Below are positions 29,885-39,873 of a stretch of DNA of 64,000 nucleotides, piece after piece. The notes beneath the pieces are model-generated. The model was not told the DNA's origin, ran no database searches, and was given only the letters and a program-made list of their open reading frames with translations. Position 1 is the first letter of the stretch. Every line of letters starts with the position of its first letter. This DNA is from Candidatus Thorarchaeota archaeon (GTDB taxonomy: Archaea > Asgardarchaeota > Thorarchaeia > Thorarchaeales > Thorarchaeaceae): the NCBI GenBank assembly GCA_011364905.1, contig RDNZ01000002.1, forward strand, positions 1 to 64,000, written 5' to 3'. The translations under genes were made by a program, and so were the position numbers.

Positions 29885-32032
29885 GTGATTGCCATGACCA
29901 CAGACAAAGGAATTCCGAATATCAAAAACAAAGTAATCAAACAGATGTTCAATCAAGCATCATCAGATGTAAAACAGGCAACAAAAGGTGAGAAACTGCC
30001 GGACGAAAAAGGAGTATTTGAAGAGCCAAGAGAGTTCATCGCTTTTGAAGTTGCCAAGGCTCTGGAAGCGCCTACGGAGGGATTCGTTAAAGCTATAGAA
30101 GCTGACAAGATGCTACTAGAGATTTTCAGAGATGTACGTGATTCGCCTTCCGCATCTGATATGATTGAATCAATGACTTTGTGTTTGTATGGACTGGTGG
30201 TTGGTAATTATGACAAGGAGGATCTTAGATATCTCTATAGATACTCGCTTAGGAACATTCGAGGCCAAACACAAATTGAGAGTTGGCTGCGAAAAGCAAT
30301 GGTCTTCCTTGCAGCGATCGAAAATAATGCACCTAGAGAAATAATGTCAGAAACTAGGTCGTGGATTCAATACTTAGGAGCTCCAGTCTTTAATCCGGGA
30401 TCATTCAGCGATGTTGGTGATGCTTTTGGTATTGATCTCCGCTCCATTATGGATTCAGATGATTTCCGATTAGTAGATGCCTTGACAAGACACCCGCAGT
30501 ATGTTCGAGAAGCGGTCGAAGGCAAGCCATTCTTAGAAGTCATGCAATCGTGTAGAGAGTGGACCCCTGACGTTCTACTCTCAGAGTTGCTCTCTGTTGT
30601 AACAGAACAAGTGTATGCAGATGCTAAAGATCTTGTTACATCGGACATGGATGTTAGCAAGGCTATTGATGTGATGAAGAAGCATTTTGAGAAGAGCCAG
30701 TACATGAGCCATAAGAATGCAGTGCTACCCGTGCGACTTCAGCTCTTGGAGAGTCCGCCACCGGGTGAGGCAATCGATCCGGTGATATTTGAACTGATAC
30801 CCCAGAAACTGAGGGTTGGACTACTCCCATCTGTGGCATACTCCAGTAAGACAAAGAGAATCGAGATAATATTTCTTGGCGGGCCATATATTGGAAGAAG
30901 TGGGATTCTCATAAAAACAGACACGGGGGGAGTGTTACTTGATTTCGGTCTCTCTGTTTCAAACCACATGATTCCTGAGTGGGTACCGGAGCTCGAGATG
31001 ATTGACACAGTTCTGGCAAGTCATGCACATTTGGACCATGTTGGTGGGCTTCCTGTCCTTTTTGACAAGTTCAATGGCAAGTGGTGTTCTGTGGCTCCAA
31101 GTGGGGGAATTACGAAACTCCTGCTTATGGATGCATTAAAGGTCGGAACGCCATTCCCTCCCAGAAAATATAGCAAGTTGGATTTGATTTCAAAGTTCAC
31201 TGAGGACAACATAAAGAAAGTTACAGACAACCATGTAAATTTGGAATATGGCAAGAGCAATGAGGTGAGTCCAGGCATTGTTGTAACACCTATTGAGGCG
31301 TGTCACATTTCTGGTAGCGCTATATTCTCGATTGATATTGAAGGTGTTAAGATTCTCTATACTGGGGATTTCAATATTGATGAGTCTGTTCTGTTTCCAG
31401 GGGCGACCCTACCTACGGACTCTGACTATGTGATCTTTGATGGCACATACTGGGGGAGAGAGGACTTTGACCGCAAGAAAGTCAATGAAACAGTTAGTGA
31501 TGTCATTTCAAAACATGGCCCAGTTGTCATTCCAAGCTTTGCTGTTGGAAGGTCTCAAGAGATTCTAATGATTCTTGAGAATCTTGGTATTACTCAAAAT
31601 CGCAATGTCATGGTGGCAGGTATGGCAGACAGAATCACAAACCTTGTTGGAGTGGGTGGACACTGGCACAGTATCAAGAAGAACAAAGTTCACCTAGACA
31701 AAGAAGACATCCTCGTGGCGGGAGGAGGAATGATGGGCGGAGGCCTTGCGCGTCATCACTTCAACGAACAACGCAACAATCCAAAGGCTGCAATTATTCT
31801 ATGTGGCTATCTTGCTCCTAGAACACCCGGTTGGAATCTATTACACGGATATGAGCCACACGAGTGCACGATGGCATATGCACGACTCAGTGCGCATTCA
31901 TCCTCCTCTAACCTTCAGAAATTTGCTAATTCGTGCTCTGGAAAGAAGATTATGGTTCACACACCCACTGAGAAAGCACCTAAAGGAATCATCATTCCAA
32001 AATACAGAGAGAGAATCATGATCAAGCCATGA
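29885..32032 (+). CDS. Metallo-beta-lactamase/beta-CASP ribonuclease with a ~320-aa N-terminal helical extension
   Basis: LLDFG, SHAHLDH, CH, YTGD, GTY, FAVGRSQE, GY...TPG, SAH, VH. Confidence 0.85.
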   Translation: MIAMTTDKGIPNIKNKVIKQMFNQASSDVKQATKGEKLPDEKGVFEEPREFIAFEVAKALEAPTEGFVKAIEADKMLLEIFRDVRDSPSASDMIESMTLCLYGLVVGNYDKEDLRYLYRYSLRNIRGQTQIESWLRKAMVFLAAIENNAPREIMSETRSWIQYLGAPVFNPGSFSDVGDAFGIDLRSIMDSDDFRLVDALTRHPQYVREAVEGKPFLEVMQSCREWTPDVLLSELLSVVTEQVYADAKDLVTSDMDVSKAIDVMKKHFEKSQYMSHKNAVLPVRLQLLESPPPGEAIDPVIFELIPQKLRVGLLPSVAYSSKTKRIEIIFLGGPYIGRSGILIKTDTGGVLLDFGLSVSNHMIPEWVPELEMIDTVLASHAHLDHVGGLPVLFDKFNGKWCSVAPSGGITKLLLMDALKVGTPFPPRKYSKLDLISKFTEDNIKKVTDNHVNLEYGKSNEVSPGIVVTPIEACHISGSAIFSIDIEGVKILYTGDFNIDESVLFPGATLPTDSDYVIFDGTYWGREDFDRKKVNETVSDVISKHGPVVIPSFAVGRSQEILMILENLGITQNRNVMVAGMADRITNLVGVGGHWHSIKKNKVHLDKEDILVAGGGMMGGGLARHHFNEQRNNPKAAIILCGYLAPRTPGWNLLHGYEPHECTMAYARLSAHSSSSNLQKFANSCSGKKIMVHTPTEKAPKGIIIPKYRERIMIKP

Positions 32033-32033
32033 A

Positions 32034-33995
32034 TTAGGCAACGACCTCTAATACTCCGTCGAGAACGAGTTTTGTTGCCACGAATTTCATTGCTGGGAGA
32101 CTAACATTCAGCTTCTTGACGACATCTTGGAGAGGCATTGTCCCATCGCACAGGTCGACGAACTTGACCACAACATTGCCGTACGCCTTCTGGGTGTCTT
32201 CATCGACTACACCCAACTTCTTTAGATGGCTTGTTGGACCTATCTCAACCTTGAAGTCAATCCAGCCATATTGATTCATAATTTGTAAGCATCCTAATAC
32301 CGTTTCGCGGGGTAAATCAAGACTCCTCACAAGGCCACCCACAGTATCATTAGTTTCTATGGCAGTCTTGACATCAACTATTGCTTCACCAACTTGACGG
32401 TTTTCAAAAGGTAAGGGTTTTCCTGCCTCGCGAGCGCGGACAATGTAGTCAAAGCTGACTGGTTTCAAGGGTATTCGAGTGAGTACATTGAACACAGCTG
32501 GTTCAAAGATAGAGCTATTTCCATCCCATGAGTCCCAGACATTGTCATACTTCTGTTCTATCTCAAACAAGAGAGAAGTGAGAGTACTTCTTTGCTGATC
32601 TTCTTCACTGTCATTTGTAACAATCAATGCGAGGACGAAGTGTCGTGACTTTTCAATCATGACAAGGTTACCCTCATGCTCAATGGTCTCAAGAGCATCA
32701 GTTGCACTCGAACCATCCGGAGACTCGGCCTCAATACCAGCAAATGAGTCAAGCGCAGAGATAAGTGAGGCTACTGCATTTGTGTCAATCTCATCTTCTG
32801 CATATTTGAGATGAAACGCAACATCAGGCATTCCCTCTTTTGGAACAATGAGTAGGAGGTGCAGGATTTTTGGCCGATCTGATATTCTAGTTGTCACTAC
32901 TCGCTCGGTTGTAGTTGGCTGAGTGTCTGCCTCGGCGGCATCAGCTATTGCCATTGCTTCCGTAGCTGTTGGCACTTCTGTTTCACTTATTGCCTCAATA
33001 CTGTCTTCCGCATAAGGCACTGATTCGAAACCATGTTCTGCCGTACTAGCTTGAGTAGCAGCTTCCGCTGCACCACCAGGTTGAGCAATCTCTTCAGTCC
33101 CTCTCCTAACTGTAATCATTTCACTAATAGGTAAATCAGGAAGTGTCACACCTACAGTCCTAGCCGAAACATCAAGCATGAGCCGAATAAACTCCTCTCG
33201 TCTTGACTTATCAGTAGCAACCATGGCGAAGGTAGGAGCTCCAAGAAGGCGCTTTATTTTCTCTGCCTTCATCGACTCGGGTAGGTCTTGTTTGTTAGCT
33301 ATAATAAACAACGGAACTGCTGGTGCTTCCTTGCGAATGTTACGTAATAGTGACTTAGTCTGCATCACATTCCTGAAACTTGAATCAGTGATCAGGAAAA
33401 TGACGTCTGTCCCACTGAAATAGAAGGACCACAGATCTTGGAATACAGCCTGTCCTGCAAAGTCCCAGACTGTAACAAGGAACGTTCCAAACTGTATTGT
33501 TTCAGATGAATCCACTGCGACATTAATGGTGGGTACATACCCGCCTGGTGCAGGCTCTTTACCAAAAAGCAGGCGGAGCAGTGTACTTTTTCCTACGCCA
33601 CCACTTCCCACGAAGCTGACCTTGAATCGTGTGAATATGAGTTCGCCTAAAATGTCATCAAGATTGTCGCGGATGTATCCGACGCTGTTTCCTCGTAGAG
33701 CAGTAGATATTCGAGCAGCGCCTTCACGAACACGATACTGAATAACACGATCTTCGTCACGACCATCTGTGACAAAGAGAAGTAGCATATCACCATCTAC
33801 GGACCCATGGAAGACCTTGTGCTTTTCTGCTACAAAAACCGGTGTGTCCTCGGAAAGACCATCCGTTGAAAACAGATCGTGATAACCAGCAAGGAAGTCC
33901 TGAATGTCATGCTCAAGAAAGTCGATCTTCCAAAACCTAGTCCTGACCACTATGTTACCATCCGCCTTTTCAATGAGTAACACGTTGTGTATCAC
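32034..33995 (-). CDS. Longin - Arf-like small GTPase - longin - winged-helix multidomain protein
   Basis: G1 GSGGVGKS, G2 PT, G3 WDFAGQ, LWSFYF (Arf-like), G4 NKQD; longin-like N-terminus and central segment; C-terminal DGT.....HTH. Confidence 0.85.
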   Translation of the reverse strand: MIHNVLLIEKADGNIVVRTRFWKIDFLEHDIQDFLAGYHDLFSTDGLSEDTPVFVAEKHKVFHGSVDGDMLLLFVTDGRDEDRVIQYRVREGAARISTALRGNSVGYIRDNLDDILGELIFTRFKVSFVGSGGVGKSTLLRLLFGKEPAPGGYVPTINVAVDSSETIQFGTFLVTVWDFAGQAVFQDLWSFYFSGTDVIFLITDSSFRNVMQTKSLLRNIRKEAPAVPLFIIANKQDLPESMKAEKIKRLLGAPTFAMVATDKSRREEFIRLMLDVSARTVGVTLPDLPISEMITVRRGTEEIAQPGGAAEAATQASTAEHGFESVPYAEDSIEAISETEVPTATEAMAIADAAEADTQPTTTERVVTTRISDRPKILHLLLIVPKEGMPDVAFHLKYAEDEIDTNAVASLISALDSFAGIEAESPDGSSATDALETIEHEGNLVMIEKSRHFVLALIVTNDSEEDQQRSTLTSLLFEIEQKYDNVWDSWDGNSSIFEPAVFNVLTRIPLKPVSFDYIVRAREAGKPLPFENRQVGEAIVDVKTAIETNDTVGGLVRSLDLPRETVLGCLQIMNQYGWIDFKVEIGPTSHLKKLGVVDEDTQKAYGNVVVKFVDLCDGTMPLQDVVKKLNVSLPAMKFVATKLVLDGVLEVVA

Positions 33996-34099
33996 TGGTT
34001 ATCACACTCTTTCGTACATGAAGTAAATCCGTTTGGAGTTATCTATTTTTCTTGCCCTTTTCATCTTTTTTCCATCTAAGAACCTTATGTGTGCGTGCA

Positions 34100-35794
34100 T
34101 TACACCTCTTTTATTGTGATTATGTCGCGTCTATGCAGTTCAGCAAAGACGGTGACAAGAACACTTGGTTGAATCTTCAACTCCTTCGCAATCTTTTCAA
34201 TCGTATGTGTCCCGTCTACTAGTCCAACTATCTCATCGACCCGAGAATACAAAGAAAGGACCTCATCATCTGGCTCTTTTAGCAGAACAGGAGAGTCATC
34301 AGGTCCAATCTTCAGCTCAAACCGAATAGCACCCATTCGATAAAGAAGATGAATCGCACCCAATATCATCTCAGGTCGTTTGCCAGGTACCAAGACAGAC
34401 ATTGTCATCGTCCCATCTAACTTATTCCATACGGCTTCAACAAAATCTCGGACTGGTGGACTCTCAAAGCGGTCCCACAGGAGAGCTCGGGTCTGCTTGG
34501 GGGCCATTCGGGAGGGGATGGTCGTAGGCGGAAGTGTAGCCAATAGCTTTAGAGTAAATGGTGGCGACCGGAAAAGGTCGGTTGGGTCGTCCACAATATC
34601 GGGAACCTCATCCATGAAGAGGTCAGGAAGGAAAGAAAACCTCTCTCTTAGGGCTTCAACATTAACACCGGTTCCTGTAATCAACGTGTAGACATAATGC
34701 CCGCGTTCGATTGTAATATAGTTCAAGTTGCCTGTTCGAAAAACAGATGTTTCAGCTGGATTTGCTGTATCAAATTTGAATGCAGAGATCGCTGCTACAA
34801 TGTTAGGAGACATTTCCAAAAGGCGTGAGCGTTCATCGTAGTAGTAGCTGTAGGCAGCTTCGGCAGTTCGACGGTCAACAACAAAGAATGCTTGATGACC
34901 AACCTGTTCATCTTCGGGTTCTTCTTTTGTAGAGGTGCCATCAATCGATCTATCAATCTTCCAACGTTGATATGCAAGCTCAGGTTGCATATCCACAAAG
35001 CCTGCGATTGCCATCGAAGATAGGAGGAGATACGTTGGCTGAGAGGAAACATCTGATAGCTCGAGACCATATAGCTCTTCGTATTCTCGTGCAAGCTCAA
35101 GTTGGTCATCGGAGCCTGGGACAACGACCAATGTCGATGTGGACTTTTCTCGGATTCTCATGACAATATGTTCCACTCTATCAGCCGTGGGAAGAGGGGG
35201 AGAAATCACAAGAACAAAAAGCGAGGCACTGTCAAGTGCTTCTGTCCAACTACTCTTTGCGATATCATCGTAAGAGATTCTCATGACTTGTACTCCAAAT
35301 GGACCAACGGAAATTGGTGTAGAGTAGGAACGCCCCTTCTGGTGCAGGTTTTGTATAATAGAGTCCACTGCTGTGCCTGATTTGTCGTCGTATGACGGAT
35401 CAGAGCCGGTGATGAAGCAGATGCGGATTGGCTCCCGTATAATGCTCTCAGCAACCGCCTCGAATTCATCCTTAAAATCACGAACTGAAGACTTCTCAAT
35501 GTTCTTAGTTGAAACATCTTGAAGGTGCCTCATTCGTTCAATATCGGAATCAGGCAGCGGGGAGGTGTCGGATACACCAGCGACTATTGTCACATCACTG
35601 ACTGTACAAATACAAGTGCTTCTCTCCTCTATTTCAGTAGTCACAAAGTCCCGTGCTGAACTCTCCTGCATGAGTTGATAGTATGTTTCAATAATACGTT
35701 GGAGCAACTCATCCGATAGTTCCTCATTACCAAATGATATGGATGCCAATGCCTTGGAACCGAGAAGGTCGATAAGTATTGCATCAATTATCAT
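34100..35794 (-). CDS. Paralogous longin - degenerate (pseudo) GTPase - longin - winged-helix protein
   Basis: Colinear with the neighbour (IRICFITGS vs FKVSFVGS; SVGPFGVQV vs QFGTFLVTV) but without GxxxxGKS, DxxG or NKxD; two DGT-HTH repeats. Confidence 0.7.
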   Translation of the reverse strand: MIIDAILIDLLGSKALASISFGNEELSDELLQRIIETYYQLMQESSARDFVTTEIEERSTCICTVSDVTIVAGVSDTSPLPDSDIERMRHLQDVSTKNIEKSSVRDFKDEFEAVAESIIREPIRICFITGSDPSYDDKSGTAVDSIIQNLHQKGRSYSTPISVGPFGVQVMRISYDDIAKSSWTEALDSASLFVLVISPPLPTADRVEHIVMRIREKSTSTLVVVPGSDDQLELAREYEELYGLELSDVSSQPTYLLLSSMAIAGFVDMQPELAYQRWKIDRSIDGTSTKEEPEDEQVGHQAFFVVDRRTAEAAYSYYYDERSRLLEMSPNIVAAISAFKFDTANPAETSVFRTGNLNYITIERGHYVYTLITGTGVNVEALRERFSFLPDLFMDEVPDIVDDPTDLFRSPPFTLKLLATLPPTTIPSRMAPKQTRALLWDRFESPPVRDFVEAVWNKLDGTMTMSVLVPGKRPEMILGAIHLLYRMGAIRFELKIGPDDSPVLLKEPDDEVLSLYSRVDEIVGLVDGTHTIEKIAKELKIQPSVLVTVFAELHRRDIITIKEV

Positions 35795-35868
35795 GCCTGA
35801 TTCATCCTATTGAAATTCATTTTCCTTGAACTTGTTCTCTCCGACTGAATATTGTCATTCATCGCTAA

Positions 35869-37155
35869 TCAACCTTGTTCGGTTCTCTTTGCGATGAAGT
35901 AATCAAAGGAGATACTCTCGCGCATGAGTCTTTGATAGTCAGTATCTGTCCAATCAGATTGATACTCGATGATGTCATCACCACATCCTGAAAGAATTGG
36001 CGGCAAATCGGAGATTGCCTCTGATACATTTACAGGAGGGGGGAGATTCTCAGTTGCTAGTGAAACATCGTTTCTAGTTCTGCCGCGAACGATTGAAGCC
36101 AGATACTTCTTTGGAGTAGTAGGAATGGCCCTCTCTTTTTGCCCAACAACAAAAATCCGCCTTCGTCTCTGCGGAACTGCAAACTCCTCCGCCTTAAGAA
36201 CAAGGACAGCAACCGAATATTCCTCGATTCTTAAGAGATTGTCAATTGCATTCAAAACTGCTCCATTTTGCATCCTTTTCAGTCCAGGTACATTCTCTAT
36301 CACTACTGCATCGGGTTGTAACGAACGGACTAGGTCAAGCATTCCAAAAACAAGACGGTTACGAGAGTCTGATGCATTTCTATTACCAGCAGTGGAAAAT
36401 CCCTGACAGGGAGGACCCCCAACTAAAACATCTAATTGTTTTCCTGCAAGTGCACGCTCAATCTCTTCAAGAAGTTTTAGTGAATCTGATTGAACATGCA
36501 TATCAGCCTGAACTACTTTTGTAGTTGGATGATTATACGCATAGGTTTCACACATGTTAGAATTGGAATCCGCCGCTAGGATTACTTCATGTCCAGCCTG
36601 AACAAATCCCTCGGAAAGACCTCCCGCGCCAGAGAACAGATCCACAACCTTGCCCGGTTTGAACAGTTTGGCTACAGCTCCTGCTAATAATGGAGGTACT
36701 GCGTTTCCAATCTGCTTGTATCGTGAGCTTCTACTACCTAGAAATCTGAAACGGTCTGGAAAGGATTGCAATCTGGCTGCTTCACGCATGGATATTAGTC
36801 GGTCCTGTTTTGGATGGATGAAGGTCCCGTTTCCGGGGCGATTGAAATATGTGTTTATTGTATAACTGGGAAGATTGTCTTTCATACGTCCATAGTATGT
36901 TGTCCGACCGCCAGATTTGCGAATCTGAGTAAGACGAGCAGACTTTTTGATTACATGTGTTGGAATATTCTGCCAATTGCCGCCTTCTGGAACTGCTCGA
37001 ATCATTTCCATATCAAGTTCACTAAGAGTGGAGCATGTGTGATTAAACAGTACATCTGAGGGATTAAGCATCTCAGAATCTAGGACTGATTGCGATATCG
37101 AGTTCACAAGAAAACAAGTTTCAATGCGTGTATGTAAAATCATGTAAGACAACAT
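35869..37155 (-). CDS. Circularly permuted DNA (cytosine-5) methyltransferase, Eco31I/Alw26I/Esp3I type
   Basis: TRD plus motifs IX (REAARLQSFPD) and X (QIGNAVPP) precede I (DLFSGAGG), IV (GPPCQGFS), VI (ENV) and VIII (QRRRR). Confidence 0.92.
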   Translation of the reverse strand: MLSYMILHTRIETCFLVNSISQSVLDSEMLNPSDVLFNHTCSTLSELDMEMIRAVPEGGNWQNIPTHVIKKSARLTQIRKSGGRTTYYGRMKDNLPSYTINTYFNRPGNGTFIHPKQDRLISMREAARLQSFPDRFRFLGSRSSRYKQIGNAVPPLLAGAVAKLFKPGKVVDLFSGAGGLSEGFVQAGHEVILAADSNSNMCETYAYNHPTTKVVQADMHVQSDSLKLLEEIERALAGKQLDVLVGGPPCQGFSTAGNRNASDSRNRLVFGMLDLVRSLQPDAVVIENVPGLKRMQNGAVLNAIDNLLRIEEYSVAVLVLKAEEFAVPQRRRRIFVVGQKERAIPTTPKKYLASIVRGRTRNDVSLATENLPPPVNVSEAISDLPPILSGCGDDIIEYQSDWTDTDYQRLMRESISFDYFIAKRTEQG

Positions 37156-39354
37156 TCAGTTGATTAGAGTATCAAGTTCATGCAAGATCTCTGAAGCTTC
37201 AGATTCAGGCGTTGACCTCATCGCCAAAACGCTTTGAGCTTCCTTCACACTCAATCCATACAGAGCAAACACAGTTGACTCTATTCTCGGGGAAATTCGG
37301 TTTGCTTTATGATGCTTAACTCCTTTAATCAGCAATGATTTGAAGTTATTAGAAATTGGAGTACCAAAACCAGGGATTGGCAACTGCATTAATTCATGGA
37401 TTGAAACATGGTTATTGGTGTTAGTCAAGCCAAACCTCCAGTTCATTAGTTCCGAGTTGAGGATCCCAAGTAAATAGTAGCGATTAGATTCGCTTAATCC
37501 CTTGCTTTCAACAATGTAGTTACAAGAGTTGCCTAATATAGCATCAGTTGGAATTGAAGCAAATTTCAAACGCCACCTCTGTGATCTGTTGGATATTTGC
37601 TGACCAGCGATTCTTGGTTCTCCAATATGCCTCACTCGTGATGAAGTCCCGAGGCTCTTTCTCAACTTATGTACGTCTACAAAATCGATACCCTCAATGG
37701 GTCGTTCATGTAGTGAATATCGAGATATATCGGAACCTCGAATTAAGCGAAAATCTGTGGCGGAAGTTGTGACGCAATCACGATTAAGTGTCAGGTCGAG
37801 TTCTCCACGCTTTACTACCAGATTGTTAACGGAACCAATGGAGGGATGATTATGCAGCTTAGAAAGAAGTTCCCAGCCTATCTTATCCACATGAGGAATA
37901 GTGAACGATTGTCTAAAGGTTTTTTCAATTTTGGCGGCTGAGATTCTGATTGGCGCTTGAATATGTGTATCCTCAAAATCATTGAGATCAAAGCGAACAA
38001 GAAATGATTTAGTAGTCCCGCCCCGCTTCAATGTTATCACTGATACCGATTGGGTCACATCATCGAAGAGTCGTGAGTTTTCCGAGAATTCGTCAATACC
38101 CAGAAGGCGATTTTCTGCGAGTATTGACTTCCTCAAGGCGCGTGATGAGAGGTCTCCCAGAATTGTGGATGGTACGACGAATCCAATTGTGCCATTCAGT
38201 GCAATCAACTGAAGCGCTCGTTCAATGAATAGCCGATGAGTGTCAATCGTATACTTATTACCAAACTGATACTCACCCGAATCCCTGAAGTAACTGACAT
38301 CCTCACGTAGTCGTTCCCTATGCTTTGAGAAGCTGTCCAAATGAATGTCTCGATCTCCTGTGAGAAGATGTTCTCTCAAGAATTCAGCCAAGTTGGGTTT
38401 CAGTCGCTCGTACGGAGGATTCATCAAAATGAAGTCAAATCCACCATTGTCCAAGATTTCACCGAACTCGCCATGCCACTCGAAAGGGATTCGAGAACCA
38501 GCATCGGAAAAGAACTTCGTGTGGTCAGCTTCTCCGCTAAGTCCTTTGAGAGAGATGATGGAGTTGCCTTGTTTTAGTGATCGACCCAGCCGTGAAACAT
38601 CAAGATTACCGGGGGAAGTCTGAGCGAGTAGACGAAGTGAGATATCAGTTACCTCTAATGCTCCAGAATCAATGTCAACACCAAACATATTCTGGCGAAG
38701 GGCTTGTGAAAAATCCATTATACCAGCGTTTCTCAATTGGCGACGAGATGCACCGTTTTCAATGGCATTCTTGATTCCAGTTTTCATCGCATTCAAAAAT
38801 ACTCGCATTGCAGAAACAAGAAACACCCCTGTTCCACAAGCGGGATCAAGAACTTTTAGTGAGAGCATTTTTTGTAATGAAGAGAGACCCTTCCTTGAGG
38901 CACTTGACGCTAGTCCATTAAGAGTCGGTTCTAGGGTCTGCGATACAATATAGTCTGCAAGCTGTGGCGGAGTTGAAAATGCTCCAAGCGGTTTTCGCAA
39001 GGTACCCCTGTTATAAATTCGAGGAAGCGAGTAGCATCCATACGAGTATATCAATCCAAGGAGCCTGACTAAGTCATCCGTATCAAGTCCCTTGGGACTC
39101 GGAAGAGTGACTGTTTCTAATGCTTCTTGTGAAAGCTTAGAAACACGGTTCTGACTAACCTGTGATTTCTCAGCCTCATATGAAAGATGAGAAAATGAGT
39201 ATTCATTATCTCGTTGAAACGAGGACAAAACATGGGTCAAACTGGCTAGTCTGATTGCTTCTGACATTTCCAAAGGGCTTTCTGTGTATCCCTTGAGATG
39301 CTGATGGAATCCATTCAGTACCGCCTCTGCAATCTCATTCAGCCCATGACTCAC
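37156..39354 (-). CDS. N6-adenine DNA methyltransferase (gamma class; Alw26I/Eco31I/Esp3I-like)
   Basis: FSTP, VLDPACGTG, GVDID, NPPY, RGELDLT, GNSCNYI, LNS..NWRF..TNNHV. Confidence 0.9.
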   Translation of the reverse strand: MSHGLNEIAEAVLNGFHQHLKGYTESPLEMSEAIRLASLTHVLSSFQRDNEYSFSHLSYEAEKSQVSQNRVSKLSQEALETVTLPSPKGLDTDDLVRLLGLIYSYGCYSLPRIYNRGTLRKPLGAFSTPPQLADYIVSQTLEPTLNGLASSASRKGLSSLQKMLSLKVLDPACGTGVFLVSAMRVFLNAMKTGIKNAIENGASRRQLRNAGIMDFSQALRQNMFGVDIDSGALEVTDISLRLLAQTSPGNLDVSRLGRSLKQGNSIISLKGLSGEADHTKFFSDAGSRIPFEWHGEFGEILDNGGFDFILMNPPYERLKPNLAEFLREHLLTGDRDIHLDSFSKHRERLREDVSYFRDSGEYQFGNKYTIDTHRLFIERALQLIALNGTIGFVVPSTILGDLSSRALRKSILAENRLLGIDEFSENSRLFDDVTQSVSVITLKRGGTTKSFLVRFDLNDFEDTHIQAPIRISAAKIEKTFRQSFTIPHVDKIGWELLSKLHNHPSIGSVNNLVVKRGELDLTLNRDCVTTSATDFRLIRGSDISRYSLHERPIEGIDFVDVHKLRKSLGTSSRVRHIGEPRIAGQQISNRSQRWRLKFASIPTDAILGNSCNYIVESKGLSESNRYYLLGILNSELMNWRFGLTNTNNHVSIHELMQLPIPGFGTPISNNFKSLLIKGVKHHKANRISPRIESTVFALYGLSVKEAQSVLAMRSTPESEASEILHELDTLIN

Positions 39355-39410
39355 TACAACATCCTCGACTTACGAAAGCGAGTGTCTCACAAAGGTGTTT
39401 TGCTTGATTC

Positions 39411-39788
39411 TTATTTTGCGTTTGCATCGCTCTGCATAATTCCCCAAAGGTTCCCTTCGGTATCCTTGAAGTATGCGAGATAGCCAACTCCAGGAATGAC
39501 AGACTTGGGTCTGACAATCAATCCACCATTCTCTTCTATTTGCTTCACCGTTTCATCAATCGATGATACATCTATGGTGTTTACCACGGCATCGTCCTCA
39601 CTCTGGCGAATACCGAAAGCACCATCTATTCCAGATTCTTTCTCATCTCCGGTCGTCAAGAACCAATAGTCCGTTGGCCCATCCCATTTTTGGACCTTCC
39701 AACCAAAGACTGTCTTGTAGAAGTTCGATATTCGATCTGCATCGTCCGCAACAATTTCAAAATGCACTACTCTTCCCATAGGAATCAA
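39411..39788 (-). CDS. VOC/glyoxalase family protein
   Basis: VVHFEI, FY..VFGW, AYFKDTEGN. Confidence 0.9.
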   Translation of the reverse strand: MIPMGRVVHFEIVADDADRISNFYKTVFGWKVQKWDGPTDYWFLTTGDEKESGIDGAFGIRQSEDDAVVNTIDVSSIDETVKQIEENGGLIVRPKSVIPGVGYLAYFKDTEGNLWGIMQSDANAK

Positions 39789-39873
39789 CCACAGAAGATG
39801 TTAACTATAGTGAATATTAGTGTTCTGCTTTGAGCGTGCGAGTTTTTTAGGCGGTTGCCCAATCTCATGAAGT

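Noticed and set aside
35795-35868. SECIS for the in-frame TGA between the methyltransferases
   Set aside because: ATGA words are present but no convincing stem; the TGA lies in a non-catalytic linker
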